Shown here: positions 46,565 through 56,875 of the stretch, in pieces
Position numbering within the stretch: the stretch's first letter is position 1
Layout: the number at the start of each line of letters is the position of its first letter
Source of the DNA: an uncultured Acidobacteriaceae bacterium
GTDB lineage: Bacteria; Acidobacteriota; Terriglobia; Terriglobales; Acidobacteriaceae
Assembly: GCA_963745725.1 (NCBI GenBank)
Contig: CAVUYJ010000002.1
Span: 21,964 to 85,963 of the forward strand
Length of the DNA: 64,000 bases
Direction: 5' to 3'
The notes under the pieces: model-generated
What the model saw: only the letters and a program-made list of their open reading frames with translations
What the model was told of the DNA's origin: nothing
The model's database searches: none
Translations under genes and position numbers: made by a program

Positions 46565-48457
46565 TTATTCCCCAACAGGAAGTTCAAGCGTGGCCCGGCT
46601 ACCGCCGCTCTGGATACTTGCCAGCGAGAGCCTGGCGGTAGAACCATACATGGTTTGCAGACGCTCCCGGATGTTTTGCAATCCCACGCCTGCGCCATCC
46701 CCGCCGTCCGGAAGCTTTTGCAGCAGGCCGATCCCGTCATCCTCTACGCTAAGCAAAATCTGTTCGCCCCGGCGCTTTGCCTGCACCAGGATTCGGCTCT
46801 TACCCACCTTCGGCGCCACTCCGTGCCTGATGGCATTCTCCACCAGGGGCTGCAGAATCAGAGATGGGATGGCCGCGTGCCCAATCGAAGTCTCCACCTC
46901 AAACTCAACCTGCAACCTCTCTCCAAACCGAACCTGTTCAATGTCCAGATATGTGCGCAGAAAATACATTTCTTCATCAATCGAGCTGAAGGGACGGTCC
47001 GCATGCAGCAGTACGTGGCGGAAGATCCTGGCCAGCCGCACTGTCATCGTCTCCGCCTTTTCAGGCTCCGAAGGGATCAAGGCAGCAATGGTGTTCAGCG
47101 AGTTGAAAAGAAAATGCGGATTGATCTGTGCCCGCAGTGCGCGCAGCTCCGCCTGCACTAGTTGTTGACTGAGCCGGCTTTCCAGGCGAATGCTCTCCGT
47201 GCGCTCCGCTTCACGATCCAGTTCATTCAGCCGGGTCCCCGCATAAAGCGCGATTTCCTCGAGCAACCCGATTTCGCCACTGAGTAGTGTTCTTCTATTT
47301 CCCGCCAGCGACACCACCAGGTCTAACCCGTCTTGAAACGAAATCGGAACGGAAAAGTTCCTATGCATGATGCCGCGCCGCTGCTCATCCTGCACCGTTA
47401 CCTCATCGCATCGCATGCCCAGTACCTCGGATGCCAGAGCCTCTGTAGCCAGTAGAACCGCCGATTTGGCCTCCAGAAGTCCCAGGCGATCGCGAAACTC
47501 CCTTACGGCAAGGTGGCTGTCGCGCTTGCCGAAGATGCCTCGCTCTACCATGACGTCGCTCCATCTGCCCAAGCGCGTAAAGAGCAGCATGGCGCACCCG
47601 GTAATGGCTGCCGCACAGAGGATCTCGGCAGCCAGGGGAGATACCGTTGTTTGTGCGATCGATCGAACCGGGCCGAAGACCAGAAGAGCACCCAGCATAG
47701 CCAGCGTTGCGCCTAGCAATAACCGGACCGCTCGTTTCGCAAACAGGTCCGCCGCACGAAAGCGTGAGAAGTAAAACAGGCTGCCGATCACCACCAGAAC
47801 GATACTTTGAAATCTGGCGATTCTGATGACGCGCGCCAGGCCCGTGGGCAGAGAAACATAAGCATCCAGGATCGCGCTGGCAGAGCTTAGGGAGAGTCCG
47901 ACAATCATAAGTGACACCGCGACGCGGTCCGTCAAGTTGTCCAGCGTGCCCGGCAACAGAAGAATCGCGCCCAGCACGATCACCATCAATCCGTTATAGA
48001 TCGTGAGGTTGCCGGCGAAGTCCTGTCTCGCCAATGACCAGCTTCCGAACGCCAGGACTGCGCCGATCGCCAAGCCGCTGAGGCCCGCATAGACAACAAG
48101 AACGTCACCCATCCTGCGCCGGGCGAGGGAAACGGCATTGCTCCGCCAGATGATCACAATGCTCAGCGGCAGCATCGCTGCCGCGATAAAGCCGATAGAC
48201 TTTATCTGCCACACTGCACCAGATTGGAGCGGAACGCCCAACTCCAACGCGACATTCTTAGCCAACCCCGAACCATTCGCGATCAGTATGCAGGCTGCGA
48301 ACAAGAAGCGCGGCCGCCGGTCTGTTCCACCCGAACGCCATACCAGCACCAACAGCAGCGCAGCTAACGCTGTTCCCACGGCAAACCCGTAGGTTTGCCC
48401 GATCAATTCGGCGGCTGAGAGTTGATGCATTGCGTCCATAAGGCAATCACTTACCAA
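46565..48457 (-). CDS. LytS/YehU-type sensor histidine kinase
   Basis: Multi-TM N-terminus, then LRAQINPHFLFNSLNTIAALI (His_kinase domain) and an HATPase region. Ends 5 nt before the regulator gene. Confidence 0.85.
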   Translation of the reverse strand: MVSDCLMDAMHQLSAAELIGQTYGFAVGTALAALLLVLVWRSGGTDRRPRFLFAACILIANGSGLAKNVALELGVPLQSGAVWQIKSIGFIAAAMLPLSIVIIWRSNAVSLARRRMGDVLVVYAGLSGLAIGAVLAFGSWSLARQDFAGNLTIYNGLMVIVLGAILLLPGTLDNLTDRVAVSLMIVGLSLSSASAILDAYVSLPTGLARVIRIARFQSIVLVVIGSLFYFSRFRAADLFAKRAVRLLLGATLAMLGALLVFGPVRSIAQTTVSPLAAEILCAAAITGCAMLLFTRLGRWSDVMVERGIFGKRDSHLAVREFRDRLGLLEAKSAVLLATEALASEVLGMRCDEVTVQDEQRRGIMHRNFSVPISFQDGLDLVVSLAGNRRTLLSGEIGLLEEIALYAGTRLNELDREAERTESIRLESRLSQQLVQAELRALRAQINPHFLFNSLNTIAALIPSEPEKAETMTVRLARIFRHVLLHADRPFSSIDEEMYFLRTYLDIEQVRFGERLQVEFEVETSIGHAAIPSLILQPLVENAIRHGVAPKVGKSRILVQAKRRGEQILLSVEDDGIGLLQKLPDGGDGAGVGLQNIRERLQTMYGSTARLSLASIQSGGSRATLELPVGE

Positions 48458-48689
48458 CAGTGTCTTACGGTTCGGGCAAAGGCAACCTCGAAAACGTGCC
48501 AGCGCGGTGATTCGAGCAGTGAACGCACTTGAAAGCCCCGAATCCTGCTCCGGGCGCCCAGCAAAATTCTAATGCAACGCTCGCTCCCCGACTGCACGCG
48601 TTCACCGCGAAACTATCCGCGTCCACTAGTTGCCGCTCACCTGGAGATGTGTTTCCGGGTGAAACTGCGACTGTCGTCGCGAGGGATTT

Positions 48690-49322
48690 ATGCTCACCCT
48701 TCCAAATCGCTTCATCGTAGCCGCGGTGCTGATAGCCACGAGCGCCGGTGCCCATTCACAATCAACTTCATCACCACAACCGGGCATTGCCGCTGTGCCC
48801 GGATACGTCGCGAACCCGGTGGCATATTCCTTTCCTGATAGCCATCAGCAATTCCGCAACTACCTCTACAGCACCTTCGGTCCGCCCGCGTTCATCTCCT
48901 CCGCCGTTGGAGCGGGGCTGGACCAGCGTAAACCCGCTCCACCCGAATGGGATTCAGGCGCTCATGGTTACGCCGAGCGCTACGGATGGAGATTCGGCAT
49001 GCAGCTGGTGAGCCAGACGACGGCATATTCGTTGGGTGCGCTCATCCATGAGGATGTCGCGTATCACCGCTGCGCCTGCGCCGGTTTTCTTCCTCGAACT
49101 ACCCATGCCTTCGTCTCTACCCTCGCCGCGCGAACCGGCAGAGGTAGAACTGTCTTTTCTGTTCCGGCACTGGTATCGCCCTATGCGGGATCATTTACCG
49201 CGGTGAACGCCTGGTATCCGGCCCGCTATGAACCTGCCGACGCATTGCGCATTGGCAGCATGTCGTTCGTGTTCAAAGCCGCAGGCAATCTGGTAGGTGA
49301 ATTCATCGCTCCACCTCGCTAA
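48690..49322 (+). CDS. hypothetical secreted protein
   Basis: Signal peptide MLTLPNRFIVAAVLIATSAGAHSQ. No family recognised. Confidence 0.5.
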   Translation: MLTLPNRFIVAAVLIATSAGAHSQSTSSPQPGIAAVPGYVANPVAYSFPDSHQQFRNYLYSTFGPPAFISSAVGAGLDQRKPAPPEWDSGAHGYAERYGWRFGMQLVSQTTAYSLGALIHEDVAYHRCACAGFLPRTTHAFVSTLAARTGRGRTVFSVPALVSPYAGSFTAVNAWYPARYEPADALRIGSMSFVFKAAGNLVGEFIAPPR

Positions 49323-49343
49323 ATCCAATCTGAGGAGAGTCTC

Positions 49344-50243
49344 ATGGCTGAATTAAATCGCAGAGCAATGTTAGGGCTTACGGCAGCGGCCGTGACCGGC
49401 TCACTTGCCGCGTGCACCGAAGCATCCTCGTCCGTGACGGCATCGCCGGCCATTAAGCGGCGCTTTGCCAACAAGGTCATCGTGATTACCGGAGCGACCT
49501 CGGGCATCGGACGTGCTGCAGCTCTGGCCTTCGCTGCGGAAGGGGGCAAGGTCGGCTTCTGCGGCCGCCGCGAAGGTCTCGGGCGCGAGGTAGAACAAGA
49601 GATTCGTTCCCACGGCGGCGAAGCTTTCTACATCAAAGCTGACGTTCGTAATGAGGCGGAGGTCAAATCCTTTGTTGACCAGGTTGTCCAGCGTTGCGGC
49701 CGGCTGGATGTCGCCTTTAACAACGCCGGCATAACCCTGGAGAGGCCACTGCATGAATACACCTCGCAGCAGTGGGACGACGTGCTCAATACCAACTTGC
49801 GCGGCGTATTTCTCGCGATGAAGTACCAGATCCCATACATGCTCGCCGCTGGTGGTGGCAATATCGTGGTCACGTCTTCTTCGAATGCGATCGCGACCAC
49901 GGAACGCCGTTCCGCCTACAGTGCCAGTAAACGCGGGCTCGTGGGCCTGGTTCAGTCCGCTGCTCTCGACTACGCCGCAAAAGGGATTCGCATCAACGCG
50001 TTGATTCCGGGAACGACGGATACCGATCTCGTGCGGCGCGCCGCCGGCATGGAAGGCGCGCCAGACGCGATCTGGGAAGTCGCTGCCCGGCAATGGGCAA
50101 AGTCTCATGTCCCAGGCCTGCAAAGAATGGCGACCCCGCAGGAGGTTGCGGCATTTGCCCTGGACCTCGCATCCGACGATCACCCCTATATGACCGGTGC
50201 GCAGATGGTGCTTGACGGTGGCAAAACCGCCCACGCAGGTTGA
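49344..50243 (+). CDS. SDR-family oxidoreductase with Tat/lipoprotein-like leader
   Basis: NRRAMLGLTAAAVTGSLAAC leader, cofactor loop ITGATSGIGRA, NNAG, and catalytic YSASK. Confidence 0.9.
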   Translation: MAELNRRAMLGLTAAAVTGSLAACTEASSSVTASPAIKRRFANKVIVITGATSGIGRAAALAFAAEGGKVGFCGRREGLGREVEQEIRSHGGEAFYIKADVRNEAEVKSFVDQVVQRCGRLDVAFNNAGITLERPLHEYTSQQWDDVLNTNLRGVFLAMKYQIPYMLAAGGGNIVVTSSSNAIATTERRSAYSASKRGLVGLVQSAALDYAAKGIRINALIPGTTDTDLVRRAAGMEGAPDAIWEVAARQWAKSHVPGLQRMATPQEVAAFALDLASDDHPYMTGAQMVLDGGKTAHAG

Positions 50244-50385
50244 CGTCCTGGTTGGCGCGGAGGATGAATGAAATATTAATTCTGTTAAACCTTGTAACCA
50301 AACAAGGGCAAACCTCTCAGACGCAGTGTGGGTACATTCCGCACCGGGGGGAGTGTGTCTGCAATTTGTTTGCGAGGTCAAAAAC

Positions 50386-51627
50386 ATGCAGAAAAATGCT
50401 CTGTTGTTAGGGCTAACGGTATTTACATTCGTGGGTTCCTGCACCATCGCTCAGGCGGCCGATAGTGCGGAGTACGTCTACGTTGAAAGCAACATAAGCG
50501 CGCCAAATAGCAATTCCATCTATGCGTTTCGCCGCGAAAGTTCAGGCAGCCTTACCCCGCTTCCTGGGTCTCCGTTCTTAACTGGAGGCGCAGGGGTGCA
50601 GTACAACGGATCTAACCTCGGCCCGTTTGATTCAGATTCCGAAGTGATCGTGAATTCGGATCACTCGTTGTTATTTGCAGTGAATGCCGGTAGTGACAGT
50701 GTGGCGGTCTTTTCCATCAAGGAGGATGGCACCCTGGTGACCGTGCCCGGATCGCCCTTTCCCTCGGGCGGCAACGATCCAGTTAGCCTTGCGCTCAATA
50801 GAAATGTATTGATAGTGGTCAACCAGAGCGGCGATTTCGCCCGCCCTTCCACCATTCTTCCCAACTACACAACCCTGCGTGTCGGGTCGAACGGGACCCT
50901 CATTCCCTTTGGCACCACCACCATCGACAGCTCTCGCGGCTTGCAAAATACCATAAGCGTTGCTGCCGGAACCTCACCTTCCCAGGCCTTAGTGCCCGCC
51001 GGCACGAACTTTGTATTCGGCGCTGATTTTCTTGGCGGCCTCCTCCAGCACTTTCGCCTCGACGGAGAAGGAGAGCTGCACCCGCTCTCTCCGATTGCGC
51101 TGCCCGCCTCAGAATTCGCTGCCACCACTCCACGCTTTCCACTCGGCCTTTGGAGTAACCCGAAAGTGCCTATCCTCTATGTTGGATACGTAACTGCCAA
51201 CAAGATAGGCGTCTACCGCTATAACGAGGAGGGCGGCCTGAAGTTTCTACGCACGGTGCCCAATGCCGGTCAGGGTATTTGCTGGATTCGCTCGAACCAA
51301 AGCGGCACTCGGCTCTACACCACGGATACCACCACCAATCAGGTGAGCGTTTACGACTCGACGGACGCTGAATATCCAATCGAAATTCAAACGCTCACGC
51401 TTTCCGGGGTGGGTAATGCGTTCCAACTTTCCCTGTCAAATGATGGAAAATCGTTGTACGCACTCTCGCAGCGTGCCGCAACTTCGATCCCCGAAGGCCA
51501 GGGGAACGTCTTGCACAGCCTTTCCATCAAAGACGACGGCACCCTGCAAGAAATAGGGTCCGGCATTGTCTTCAATCTGCCTTCAGGCACTCGGCCTCAG
51601 GGTGTTGCTGTGGTTGACCAGGACTGA
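50386..51627 (+). CDS. lactonase-type 7-bladed beta-propeller protein, secreted
   Basis: Met at 50386 with signal peptide. Repeated blades such as LLFAVNAGSDSVAVFSIKEDGTL and RLYTTDTTTNQVSVY. Confidence 0.7.
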   Translation: MQKNALLLGLTVFTFVGSCTIAQAADSAEYVYVESNISAPNSNSIYAFRRESSGSLTPLPGSPFLTGGAGVQYNGSNLGPFDSDSEVIVNSDHSLLFAVNAGSDSVAVFSIKEDGTLVTVPGSPFPSGGNDPVSLALNRNVLIVVNQSGDFARPSTILPNYTTLRVGSNGTLIPFGTTTIDSSRGLQNTISVAAGTSPSQALVPAGTNFVFGADFLGGLLQHFRLDGEGELHPLSPIALPASEFAATTPRFPLGLWSNPKVPILYVGYVTANKIGVYRYNEEGGLKFLRTVPNAGQGICWIRSNQSGTRLYTTDTTTNQVSVYDSTDAEYPIEIQTLTLSGVGNAFQLSLSNDGKSLYALSQRAATSIPEGQGNVLHSLSIKDDGTLQEIGSGIVFNLPSGTRPQGVAVVDQD

Positions 51628-51792
51628 AGAACAACAGGTGAGGAGACGTGGGGTGTGGAATCCGGTTGGTTCACACACCCCACGTCGCTTGTGCGCCGAA
51701 CCCCATCCTATTGCCATGGCGAGCCCTCTTCACCACAAATTGGGCAACTTTTAACGCAGCAGAGGCCCGGATTCGGTCGATACTCCGGGCAG

Positions 51793-52374
51793 ATGCGCGA
51801 CCAGTCCCAGCAGCAATCGCCTTCAGACGTGGCAGCCGCGCTGTCCGATTTAGTCTTCCATCCGGCGCAAACCTTTTACCACAGCTGGAACTGGAAAGCC
51901 GCCCTGCTGAGCGCGATGCTGCGCGCACCGTTGTTTCTCATCGCCACCCTACGCCAGGGGCTGGAGGCGGTTTCCATCGCAGTCTTCGCGGAAGCTGTCT
52001 ACAGCGCAGCTATCTCCGGCTGTTATGGCGCCGTCGTGCAGAAACTGCGCCGGGCCCACCCGCTCTGGGCCTCCGGCCTGTTGATCCTGGTCGTACTCCC
52101 CGGACTGTTGCTCTGCTTCGACTACCTGCTGCATCGCTACACCGGCATGTCCAACTTGAAAGGCGGAATGTTGGCCGCAGCGAGCCTGTCTGTGCTTTCG
52201 TCGCTCTTCAATTGGTACCTGATGAGCCGGGATAGTCTGCTGGTCGGCAAAGAGGGTCGTTCCTTTGCTTCCGACCTCAAGCGCATGCCGCGTATGTTGA
52301 CGGATTTCCTTTGCTGGATTCCGGTGCATTGCTACCGTCTCTTGCGAAGTTCCAGCGTTCACCTTCAGGCCTGA
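51793..52374 (+). CDS. hypothetical membrane protein
   Basis: About 4 hydrophobic segments. Start uncertain (Met at 51793 in track ORF 51655..52374). Its stop abuts the glycosyltransferase gene. Confidence 0.45.
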   Translation: MRDQSQQQSPSDVAAALSDLVFHPAQTFYHSWNWKAALLSAMLRAPLFLIATLRQGLEAVSIAVFAEAVYSAAISGCYGAVVQKLRRAHPLWASGLLILVVLPGLLLCFDYLLHRYTGMSNLKGGMLAAASLSVLSSLFNWYLMSRDSLLVGKEGRSFASDLKRMPRMLTDFLCWIPVHCYRLLRSSSVHLQA

Positions 52375-52388
52375 TGCAACGGGAGCCC

Positions 52389-53867
52389 ATGGCGATCAAA
52401 ACCTTGCACTTGACCAACGCGTTCCACACCCACTCGGGCGGCATCTCGACCTTTTATATGGCAATGCTCCATGTGGCGAACCAGCAGCAGCGGGAGATGC
52501 GGCTCATTGTCCCGGGTGCTGAAGACCGCGTCGAAGAGGTGGGCCGGTATGGCCGCATCTACACCGTCAGCGCGCCCAGGGCCCCGATCTATGGCAGTTA
52601 CCGTTGTCTCTATCCAACCGAATACTTGTATGCAGAGAACACCATACGCAGAATCCTGCGTGAAGAACGGCCGGATGTCATTGAAATCTGCGACAAGTAC
52701 AACCTGCAGTATCTGGGCGGCATGATCCGCGAAAGATTGCTGGGCGATCTGGACTTTCGCCCCCTGATGCTGGGGCTCAGTTGCGAGCGCATGGATGAAA
52801 ACGTAGCTGCCTATGTGGGTGATAGCGCATTCCATCGCGCCTTCTGCCGCTGGTACATGCACTGGATCTATTTCCCTTTCTTTGACCATCACATAGCGGT
52901 CTCGGAGCATGCGGCAAGTGAGTTGGTGGCCGCTGCGCGCAGGCATAGAGTGCGACGCGGTATCTGGATTCGCCCCATGGGAGTCGACGTGACCAGGTTC
53001 TCACCGGATCGCCGCTCGGCCGCGATGCGGCAGCATTTGCTGCAGAAGTCCAATGGTGGCCCAGACACGCTCTTGCTGCTCTACGCCGGCCGCCTGGCTC
53101 CGGAAAAAAATCTGCCCTTGCTGATTGAGATGATGCATTCTCTGGCAGACGACTGTGCACGCGATTACCGGCTGAACGATTACCGGCTGATCATGGTGGG
53201 CGATGGCATACAGCGCGAACAGCTGGAGCAACTCACGGCCAGGCAGGCGCCGGGCAAGGTTCATTTTTTTGACCACATCACCGATCGCGAGCGGCTGGCT
53301 GAGGTGTACGCCAGCTGTGACCTCTTCGTCCATCCCAATCCGCGTGAGCCATTCGGCATTGCACCGCTCGAGGCCATGGCTTCCGGCTTACCCTTGGTGG
53401 CGGCAAACAGTGGCGGAATTACTTCCTTTGCCGGCGAAGCGAATGCCTGGCTGGCCGAGCCTACAGCAGCGGCCTTTGCCGCCGCCGTGCGGCTGGCGGT
53501 GCAGGATCATCCCGCAAGGCTCTCCAGGGTGAGAGAAGGCTTGGCCACTGCTCTTGCGCACCGGTGGGATTGCGCCGCTTTGGCGTACTTTTCCCTTTAT
53601 GACGCAATCCATGCCGAATTTCGGGCCATGGATACGCTTGCGTCCTTTCCCCCCTATGCCTGGTCTACGCCCGCAACCAATTATGCCGATGCAGTGATTG
53701 CTGCATCCTCGGCGATGGCTCAGACGTTCTACCGCGCCGTGGTACGCTTCGGCATCCAGAGTCCCGGCTCGAAAATCCCATCTCCCCGTTACATGCAAAT
53801 GGTGCCATCCGTAACCGGAAGGGAAGAGAAATCAGCAGTCACTTTGCATCCTAGAAGGGCAGACTAA
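52389..53867 (+). CDS. GT4-family glycosyltransferase
   Basis: MAIKTLHLTNAFHTHSGGISTF..., LLYAGRLAPEKNL, FVHPNPREPFGIAPLEAMASGLPLVAANSGG (E-x7-E). GGGAG lies upstream of the ATG. Confidence 0.85.
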   Translation: MAIKTLHLTNAFHTHSGGISTFYMAMLHVANQQQREMRLIVPGAEDRVEEVGRYGRIYTVSAPRAPIYGSYRCLYPTEYLYAENTIRRILREERPDVIEICDKYNLQYLGGMIRERLLGDLDFRPLMLGLSCERMDENVAAYVGDSAFHRAFCRWYMHWIYFPFFDHHIAVSEHAASELVAAARRHRVRRGIWIRPMGVDVTRFSPDRRSAAMRQHLLQKSNGGPDTLLLLYAGRLAPEKNLPLLIEMMHSLADDCARDYRLNDYRLIMVGDGIQREQLEQLTARQAPGKVHFFDHITDRERLAEVYASCDLFVHPNPREPFGIAPLEAMASGLPLVAANSGGITSFAGEANAWLAEPTAAAFAAAVRLAVQDHPARLSRVREGLATALAHRWDCAALAYFSLYDAIHAEFRAMDTLASFPPYAWSTPATNYADAVIAASSAMAQTFYRAVVRFGIQSPGSKIPSPRYMQMVPSVTGREEKSAVTLHPRRAD

Positions 53868-53988
53868 ATGCGGTCGAACAATACTCTGCCCCCGATAAGG
53901 CCGCTAACGGTGGTTTTCGTGCAAGAAGGCCACGGAGGGACCTGTACCTTAGGTCCTGCATCAAAGGTAAAGCGCAGGGGAGGATCCA

Positions 53989-54856
53989 ATGCACGTAACC
54001 GGCCGGCAGAGTAAGCAGATCCATAACCGTAAATTGCCCCGTGGGATACGCTCTCACTTCTGCTTGCCGGCCATCGCGCTGGTGGTATGGGTTTGCGCGC
54101 CTGCAGCCTGGCCGCAGGCTGATTCGGCTCTGCCTGCACTTGACCGCAGACCAGGTGGTGCAGCGACTCGTCGAGAAGAACCAGGAGCGCGCCGCGGCCC
54201 TGCAACACTATGTGGGCAAACGCTCCTATCGCCTCGAATATCACGGTTTTCCTGCCTCGACCGAGGCAACGATGGACGTTGAAGTGAATTTCGACGCCCC
54301 GGCGTCCAAACACTTCACCGTTGTGAACGCCACCGGGTCGAAGCTCATCCAAAATCGCGTCTTCCACCGGCTATTGGAAAGCGAAGAGCAGGCCGGAGAC
54401 GCAAGTAACCGGAAGCACACCGAGCTTGGTCCCGACAACTACAGCTTCTCCCTTGCCGGCGTCGAAGGCACAAACTACGTGCTCAATGTTGAGCCCAAAG
54501 AGGAGAGCAAGTTTCTGTATAGAGGCAAGATCTGGATCGATGCCCACGACTTCGCGGTCACCCGCATCGAGGCCCAGCCCGCCCGCAATCCTTCGTTCTG
54601 GACCACCAAATCCCTGATCCAACATACCTATCAGAAGGTCGACAACGGCTTCTATCTGCCCAAAGAAAATAAGACGGTGACCAATGTTCGGCTCGGTGGG
54701 GTGGCGACCCTGACCATCGAATACCAGTCGTATCAGGTGACTGCCGCCAAGCCGGTCGCCTGGGCAAGAAAGCCGATCCCATCCGGTGAGGGGTTCGCAT
54801 GGCCCGACGGATTCGTCAACCGGGAAGTCGCCAATTTCATCTCATCCCGAAAATGA
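53989..54856 (+). CDS. LolA-fold / lipoprotein-sorting-like protein (N-terminus possibly frameshifted near 54120-54135)
   Basis: Track ORF 54041..54856 has YRGKIWIDAHDFAVTRIEAQPARNPSFWT. A signal-peptide-like segment (LPAIALVVWVCAPAAWPQA) lies in the adjacent frame from the ATG at 53989. Confidence 0.5.
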
Positions 54857-54948
54857 TCCCTTTCTGCTGCTCGTAGGGAGATTTACCGGTCCTTTCGAGG
54901 GGGGTGCAGCGCGCGCGCAGGGAGTAGAATTTCCCGCGAGGGATCACT

Positions 54949-55578
54949 ATGAGTAACCAGCGCACGATCCGGGTGCTTACGGTAGACGATCATCCTCTCC
55001 TGAGGGGCGGAATCTCAGGTGCGATCAACGCCCAACCCGACATGACCGTAGTGGCTGAGGCAACAGATGGCGACGAGGCACTCGCCTGTTTCCGAACCCA
55101 CCAGCCCGACATTACGCTCATGGATCTGCGCATGCCCAAGGCCAACGGAATCGACGCGATCACCGCGATTCGCAAGGAGTGGCCTACGGCTCGCATCATC
55201 GTCCTGACCACTTACGGAGGCGACGTGCAGGCCTTGCGGGCTTTCAAGGCGGGAGCTTCCGGGTATCTTCTCAAGAGCATGTTGCGCACCGAGCTGGTGG
55301 ACACCATACGGCTCGTCCACGCGGGCCATCGTCGCATCCCTCAGGAAATCGCAGTAGAAATGGCCCAGCACGTTGCTGACGACGCGCTCACCAGCCGGGA
55401 GTTGGAAACCCTTCGCGCTGTTGCCAGCGGCAGTTCCAATAAGATCATTGCTGAACATCTTGGCATCTCCGAGCACACCGTCAAAGGCCATCTCAAGAGC
55501 ATTCTCTCCAAGCTCGACGCCAGCGATCGCACCCACGCCGTCATGATCGCGTTGAAGCGTGGTTTCCTGGACATGTAA
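54949..55578 (+). CDS. NarL/LuxR-family response regulator
   Basis: REC domain (VDDHPLL..., DITLMDLRMPKANG) plus LuxR HTH (LTSRELETLRAVASGSSNKIIAEHLGISEHTVKGHL). Confidence 0.9.
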   Translation: MSNQRTIRVLTVDDHPLLRGGISGAINAQPDMTVVAEATDGDEALACFRTHQPDITLMDLRMPKANGIDAITAIRKEWPTARIIVLTTYGGDVQALRAFKAGASGYLLKSMLRTELVDTIRLVHAGHRRIPQEIAVEMAQHVADDALTSRELETLRAVASGSSNKIIAEHLGISEHTVKGHLKSILSKLDASDRTHAVMIALKRGFLDM

Positions 55579-55585
55579 ACGGGCT

Positions 55586-56854
55586 CTAATCCGTCTCCGC
55601 GGCAAGCGGTTGATTACTCACCGGGATGGTCTGCAGAACCTGAAGGTCGGCCTGGACCCGAGCCCAAGCCTTGGGATTCTTCTTGGTGTAAATCGGCGCA
55701 TTCGGATCTGCGTAATAGTTCTGGATATCCGTCTTGAGGCCGGGCGGAATCGTATGGTGAGGGTCGGCGACCAGTAGATGGAGCAGCTTGGCGTAGGTCT
55801 CATCGGTAAGGCGATAGCCTCCCGGGCGAACCGGCGCCCCGGTATCCAGATCGCGATTCGGAAGCGTTTGGTGCGGCGTACGAAAACGCACCAATGTGGA
55901 GCGGAGAAGATCTGTAGACTGGTTGACGCTGCGAGCGTATTCCTCTTCGGTATCCTGGTTCGGAACCTTGATCGCCACAAACTTCAGTGGACCTATTTTG
56001 GGCAGAACAAAGATAAATCCGGCGAGCGTGTAAGTCCCGATGCCAGCCTTCTTGCGGTACTTGTCCCAATTGTTCTCGACGGCGACCTGTGCGACTTCGG
56101 TTGAAAGCTTCTGCAGGTCGGGAGTGATCGGGTCGGGCGGCATATGGTTGCGATGTAGAAGAGTCACCGCGTACGCGATGCGTGGAATGAAGTTCCGCAC
56201 CGCGAAACGATACCCTCCCACGTTCACTCGCCGGGCCCGTGCTCTCAGGCCATACGTATCGTAAAACGCGGCGGCCAGTTGTTGCGTGGGCACATTCAGT
56301 CCTACATGGCGAAGGTAGTGAACCGGCGCTAATCGATGGTGCGCAATCTCGTTGATGTCGAAGCCAAACTCCGTCCTCACATGCGCAGTTGCATCTTCAC
56401 TAAAAGTAACCACCGGTCCATATTTCGCCGCAAGCTTGGGAAAATCCTCGGCCACCGCGCGGTTGGTAGCCCGCGAATGGCCGATGTTATCGCCTACGTA
56501 GTGGGAGAGGGCCCCCACTGCAAAAGCAAGCTGGTTTGCATCCTTGGCATCGCGGAAAAGGTGAACGATGAAGTCGCCAGTTCGAACGTAATGCGTCAGA
56601 TCGGATAAGAGAGGGTCGCCGAAAGGATAGTACCCCACGTCCTGAATCACGCAACCCGCATACGCATACGAGCGGGCCTCCTCCAGTTGTTCATCGGTGA
56701 TCCTGGGGTAGCGGCCGCGCAGCAACGGCACAATCGAACTCTGCCACGTCAGGTCGATCAACTGCTCGTGGGTCAGCAGCGAGTACGCCCCGGCAGGCTG
56801 GCACGCCAAAAGCACACACAATGCAAGGGCGCAGACCCTGAAGAAACTACCCAT
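55586..56854 (-). CDS. zinc-dependent phospholipase C-like family protein, secreted
   Basis: Signal peptide, then AYSLLTHEQLIDLTW and ALSHYVGDNIGHS His-rich motifs. Confidence 0.7.
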   Translation of the reverse strand: MGSFFRVCALALCVLLACQPAGAYSLLTHEQLIDLTWQSSIVPLLRGRYPRITDEQLEEARSYAYAGCVIQDVGYYPFGDPLLSDLTHYVRTGDFIVHLFRDAKDANQLAFAVGALSHYVGDNIGHSRATNRAVAEDFPKLAAKYGPVVTFSEDATAHVRTEFGFDINEIAHHRLAPVHYLRHVGLNVPTQQLAAAFYDTYGLRARARRVNVGGYRFAVRNFIPRIAYAVTLLHRNHMPPDPITPDLQKLSTEVAQVAVENNWDKYRKKAGIGTYTLAGFIFVLPKIGPLKFVAIKVPNQDTEEEYARSVNQSTDLLRSTLVRFRTPHQTLPNRDLDTGAPVRPGGYRLTDETYAKLLHLLVADPHHTIPPGLKTDIQNYYADPNAPIYTKKNPKAWARVQADLQVLQTIPVSNQPLAAETD

Positions 56855-56875
56855 CCCTCCAGTATCGCAGAGCCG

